A stretch of 28,279 nucleotides of DNA from Chlamydiota bacterium (lineage in GTDB: Bacteria > Acidobacteriota > Terriglobia > Terriglobales > Acidobacteriaceae), in contig JBLMXE010000103.1 of assembly GCA_050257615.1 (NCBI GenBank), forward strand, positions 1 through 28,279, read 5' to 3'. A program made the position numbers and the translations under genes. Every line of letters starts with the position of its first letter. Position 1 is the first letter of the stretch. This document shows positions 24,798 through 28,279 of the stretch, in pieces. The notes under the pieces are model-generated. The model worked only from the letters and a program-made list of their open reading frames with translations, made no database searches and was not told the DNA's origin.

Positions 24798-27005
24798 CTA
24801 AGTGCTCTCCTTCAGCACGCGCACAAAGTTCACCCGCATGCCGGTGCCGCCCATCAGGGGATCAATGTTCACCCGCGTCATCAGTTCGGTATCAGAAGCG
24901 CCGCGGTGGTAGGCACGGCGCAGCTTGCGCGATTCGTGGCCGAAGCCGTGAACCATATAGACGCAGTCGCGCCGAATCCCGGGCGTGACCCGCACTTCCA
25001 CCGGCAAGCTGGTGGCGCCGTCCTGATTCTGCAATGTCACACGGTCGTCGTCTTCCAGGCGCAGGTCGCGGGCCGCGTCGGCGTTGATCCACACCGCGTT
25101 CTCCGCCATCAGCGCGTCCAGCACCTTATTGTTCTGGCTGCGCGCAAAAGAGTGCACTGGCGCCCGCCCATAGATCAGCCGGAAATATCCCAGGGGAGGA
25201 TCGGTCACCGGGGTGTAGCGCGGCATGGGATCGGCCCCCAGTTGCTTCAAAGTGGAGGAATAGAGCTCGATCTTGCCGCTGGGCGTGGCAAACAGCGGCC
25301 CATCGGCGGGCGTGCGGTCTTCTATGTAGGGATGGCCGGGAAAAGCTAAGGCCCCGCGCACCGCCAGCGTCCTCATATTCACGTCCAGGGGGCCTACCAG
25401 GGTTTGCAGATGCTCTTCCGGAGTCTTCCAGGGGAACCAGGCCTGCAACCCAAGTCGTTGCGCCATCTGCTGCGCGATCCACCAGCCCGGCTTGGATTCG
25501 TAAAGCGGGTCCACCACCGGCTGCCGTACCGACACAAACGGCTGCTTGGCGCTCTCCGCCATCATGGGCGCGTCATAGCGCTCCAGGTAGGTGGCTTCGG
25601 GCAGCACCAGGTCGGCGTAGTTGGCCTGTTCCATGGGCATCACGTCCACCACCGCCATGAATTCAAGCTTCTCGATCGCTTGCAGCGTTCGCTGCCGCTG
25701 CGGAATACTCTCCAGAACGTTCTGTCCGTAAACCACCCAGGCTTTGATGGGATAAGGTTTGCCGGTGAGCGTGGCCTCCACCAGGCCGTTGGTGACTCCC
25801 TGTTCTTCGGAGGCGAGAGGATAGGTGGTGCCGGCGCCATCAGCCCGGCCTAGTTGTGATTCTGGAAACGGCGGCAGGGCGAACTTACCCTTCTTCAGCG
25901 GCGTAGGAAGGAAGATGCCGCCCTTGCGCCCCCAGCTTCCGGTCAGCGCGGTCAGAATGGCCATGGCGCGCTCGCGTTGCGTGTCGTCGCCATACCAGGT
26001 GGCATGCCGCCCCGGGTGCAGCGCCACTGCCGGCTTGGCCTGCGCCATGGCGCGCGCCGTTTCCCGAATCTGCGGCGCGGGAATTTCCGTAATCGGCTCC
26101 GCCCACTCGGGGGTGAATTCGCGCACGTAGGAGGCAAGCTCGCTGAATCCAGTTGCGTATTTCGTGATGTATTCGCGGTCGTAACCTCCTTCCGCGATCA
26201 AAACGTTCATCCACGCCAGCAGCAGCGCGATGTCGGTTCCCGGGCGGACGGGCAGCCACCAGTCCGCCTTGGCGGCCGCCGTGGAAAACCGCGGATCAAC
26301 CACGATCAGTTTCGCGCCCCGCGCCAGACCTTCGGCAAACGCGGTCACCTGGGAAGTGAAAATGTTTTCCCCGATGTGCGAGCCGATCAGCACCATCAGC
26401 TTGGCTTCTTCCAGGTCCACCGGCTCGGGCGAACCCAGGCCATGCCCGAAGGTCAGCGCATAGCCGACCTCACGCGGCCCCCGGCATTGTGCGAACGCAG
26501 GCTCGGCGGCGTTGGGCGTGCCGTAGGCCTTCATCAGGGTGGCGAAAAATCCCGAAGCGACGCCGTGAGGGAAGAAAGCCACGCTCTCCGGGCCATATTT
26601 CTTTTTCAGATCAGAAAGGCGCTGGGCGAAGAAGTCGAGCGCCTGCTCCCAGGTGATCCGCCGGAAACTGCCTTCGCCGCGCGCACCCGCGCGCAGTTGC
26701 GGATATTTCAGGCGGTCGGGATCATAGAGCAGGGAGGCGCCGGCATTGCCGCGGGCGCACAGCCGTCCCCGGGTCAGCGGATGGTCGGGGTTGCCTTCCA
26801 GCTTGACCACCTTCCCGTCCGCCACTTCCGCGATCACGCCGCAGCGCCAGAAGCACATTTCGCAGTTGGTGGCGATCTGCTCGGTACGGCGCGTGCCGCT
26901 CCAGCCCGGTGGGTGGTTCTGGGCAGTGGCCGCTTCCGCCACCAGTCCGGCCCCGGCGAGCGAAGAAAGCTTGAAAAAATCCCTGCGGCTCAGCTTGTCG
27001 TTCAT
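24798..27005 (-). CDS. psrA: polysulfide/thiosulfate reductase-type molybdopterin (bis-MGD) catalytic subunit, Tat-exported
   Basis: SRRDFFK Tat motif, CEMCFWRC..LCARG FS0 cluster, PESVAFFPHG, and PNAAEPAFAQCRGPR (Cys Mo-ligand position as in PsrA). Also VDPRFSTAAAKADWWLPVRPGTD, DLVLPEATYLER, ATPSGKIELYS. Substrate (polysulfide, thiosulfate or other) cannot be fixed by eye. Confidence 0.88.
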   Translation of the reverse strand: MNDKLSRRDFFKLSSLAGAGLVAEAATAQNHPPGWSGTRRTEQIATNCEMCFWRCGVIAEVADGKVVKLEGNPDHPLTRGRLCARGNAGASLLYDPDRLKYPQLRAGARGEGSFRRITWEQALDFFAQRLSDLKKKYGPESVAFFPHGVASGFFATLMKAYGTPNAAEPAFAQCRGPREVGYALTFGHGLGSPEPVDLEEAKLMVLIGSHIGENIFTSQVTAFAEGLARGAKLIVVDPRFSTAAAKADWWLPVRPGTDIALLLAWMNVLIAEGGYDREYITKYATGFSELASYVREFTPEWAEPITEIPAPQIRETARAMAQAKPAVALHPGRHATWYGDDTQRERAMAILTALTGSWGRKGGIFLPTPLKKGKFALPPFPESQLGRADGAGTTYPLASEEQGVTNGLVEATLTGKPYPIKAWVVYGQNVLESIPQRQRTLQAIEKLEFMAVVDVMPMEQANYADLVLPEATYLERYDAPMMAESAKQPFVSVRQPVVDPLYESKPGWWIAQQMAQRLGLQAWFPWKTPEEHLQTLVGPLDVNMRTLAVRGALAFPGHPYIEDRTPADGPLFATPSGKIELYSSTLKQLGADPMPRYTPVTDPPLGYFRLIYGRAPVHSFARSQNNKVLDALMAENAVWINADAARDLRLEDDDRVTLQNQDGATSLPVEVRVTPGIRRDCVYMVHGFGHESRKLRRAYHRGASDTELMTRVNIDPLMGGTGMRVNFVRVLKEST

Positions 27006-27086
27006 AAGCCCGCTTCCGGTGAATCAAGCTGCGTGTCCGGTCGAGTCCACCACTCCCCACCCTCGCATCTAGCTATCACTTGTGGA

Positions 27087-27102
27087 TGTGACAGAGATCA
27101 CG
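27087..27102. promoter_or_regulatory. CRP/FNR-family-type binding site upstream of psrA
   Basis: TGTGA-CAGAGA-TCACG is a 9/10 match to TGTGA-N6-TCACA, about 80 nt upstream of the psrA start. Confidence 0.6.
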
Positions 27103-27200
27103 CATCTCTGTGAGGCCCCTTACGCCCCGGCGGATGCCGATTGTGGAGGGCAGAGTCGTCGCTAATCCCGGAAGATTTCCTCCTTGAAGCAGCGGGTGCT

Positions 27201-27238
27201 CACAGAACACCGGCCGCCGAGGCTCGGGCGGCGGCCGG
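27201..27238 (-). terminator. intrinsic terminator after the 128-aa gene
   Basis: CCGGCCGCCG/CGGCGGCCGG 10-bp stem (27210-27238) followed on the minus strand by TGTTCTGTG, 15 nt after the stop. Confidence 0.65.
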
Positions 27239-27253
27239 AATGGGTTTAGTGCA

Positions 27254-27640
27254 TTACTTCGCCTTTTGCAGTTCGATCACGTCCGTGCCGTGCACCACGT
27301 CGTGACCCCGCTCCTCAGCGCCTCCCCAGATCTGGTGCAGCACGTGGCGGCCATCTTCGCGCTGGAAAATGAGCACGGTCTTTTCGTCAGGGTTCAGTCT
27401 CTCTACGTGACGGGTGAACATGGACGCTTTCTTCTGCGTCTCCTTGTTGATCACCGTCAGCCGCATGGTCTGCGGATTGGACTTGATCATGTATTGGCCA
27501 GCCGGCATCTGGCTGTCGCCCACTATGAAGTCAAACGGAATGTCCGCGGTCCATTTGGTTTCCAGAACCTGCGATGCTGCCGGCGTGGCCGCCAGCAGCA
27601 GCGACACGACCGCAAGAAAAACCAGAAGATAGGTTTTCAT
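27254..27640 (-). CDS. secreted hypothetical protein (128 aa)
   Basis: GAAGGAGG RBS, signal peptide MKTYLLVFLAVVSLLLAATPAAS, and IPFDFIVGDSQMPAGQY..LIFQR..LHQIW pattern recalled from acidobacterial hypothetical proteins. Confidence 0.82.
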   Translation of the reverse strand: MKTYLLVFLAVVSLLLAATPAASQVLETKWTADIPFDFIVGDSQMPAGQYMIKSNPQTMRLTVINKETQKKASMFTRHVERLNPDEKTVLIFQREDGRHVLHQIWGGAEERGHDVVHGTDVIELQKAK

Positions 27641-27957
27641 GGAGACCCTCCTTCTACATCGGGGGACATTGTCTGTGAAGGAAACACTGGGCTGGGCGCA
27701 GTTACACTTGCGTCGCGCCCATTTCCTCTGCGCTCCAGGCCAAGCGCGCCTATTCCTCGCAGGCGCTCCGTCCCGGCGAGGCTGATCATCATTAATCCAT
27801 TTTCTAAGGTTATTGTATGTCGGTGATGTGGCGCACACTGCCACGTGGGATGAAATCGTCACATCTCTGTGGCCGAAATCTTCCCAAAATGGAACTCAAC
27901 CCCTGCACGCGCGGACCCCACTTCCGCGCTCTTGAGCTACCCTTGGCGCCCGCCGCC

Positions 27958-28230
27958 CTACTGCACCATGGTGAGCCCCCGATAAATCCAGAGGCCGGCA
28001 ATCACCAGGATGAGCACCGCCGAGCTGGCCCCGAAACCGCGTACCAGCGGATTGATGCGGTTCACCTTCTTCATGACTTCCATTTGTTCCAGCTGCATGT
28101 GCGATTCAGAGTCATCCAGGAACAATTGGTCGTCTTCCCGCATGGTCAGGGTACTGCGGTAAATGAGCAACACGATCAGGATAGTGGTCAGGACGCCCCA
28201 GACGATCAGCAGCCATCCCAGGGAGGACAT
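27958..28230 (-). CDS. small two-TM membrane protein
   Basis: GAGGTG RBS. Two hydrophobic helices flank IYRSTLTMREDDQLFLDDSESH, a pattern recalled from acidobacterial hypothetical proteins. Confidence 0.8.
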   Translation of the reverse strand: MSSLGWLLIVWGVLTTILIVLLIYRSTLTMREDDQLFLDDSESHMQLEQMEVMKKVNRINPLVRGFGASSAVLILVIAGLWIYRGLTMVQ

Positions 28231-28279
28231 AGCCGCACCTCGCTTCTGATTGGAGCTCGTTCGCCCAGTCTCGGACCGG

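Noticed and set aside
23283-25349. 688-aa plus-strand ORF (also 25977-27113)
   Set aside because: Antisense shadows of the cytochrome b, psrB and psrA genes, with no independent motifs.
21368-27005. Selenocysteine recoding in the sulfur operon
   Set aside because: No in-frame TGA at catalytic positions, PsrA has Cys at the Mo-ligand site, and the rhodanese gene ends in TAG.
27641-27820. Alternative pairings in the leader of the 128-aa gene (TGGGCGC with GCGCCCA or with CTGCGCTCCAG), riboswitch-like
   Set aside because: No match to aptamer cores I know (checked mentally against c-di-GMP-I), and such GC-rich complementarity is common by chance.
1-28279. CRISPR arrays, tRNA/rRNA genes, IS elements, integrases
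   Set aside because: None seen by eye: no regularly spaced repeats, cloverleaf motifs or transposase signatures.

Overview
GC-rich bacterial DNA. The gene families suggest Acidobacteriota (Terriglobia); this is inferred from recalled protein families, not from a search. Left to right: (1) a 1036-aa secreted hypothetical protein paired with a VWA protein whose MIDAS is degenerate; (2) a large Asp-box/BNR beta-propeller protein; (3) a four-PAS hybrid histidine kinase; (4) a sugar-catabolism block: a Tat-exported GH127 gene between two outward-pointing 3' gene remnants (GH39 xylosidase, enolase-superfamily dehydratase), then an AraD1/GguC-type FAH protein and a beta-hydroxyacid dehydrogenase; (5) an envelope module: two small Cys/His ORFs plus a DUF4382/DUF5666-type lipoprotein, divergent from a TPR-beta-barrel protein and a FecR-domain protein; (6) vapBC; (7) a small protein behind a promoter with tandem dyad repeats; (8) a tightly coupled five-gene sulfur operon; (9) two small hypothetical proteins. 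The operon is the strongest candidate for an undescribed system. It encodes a PsrA/PhsA-type molybdoenzyme, a 4x[4Fe-4S] subunit, a di-haem cytochrome b fused in frame to a YeeE/YedE transporter half, a second YeeE/YedE half, and a rhodanese-fold protein that lacks its catalytic Cys but ends in a GGGCS tail. All family calls come from motif recognition by eye; no databases were searched.
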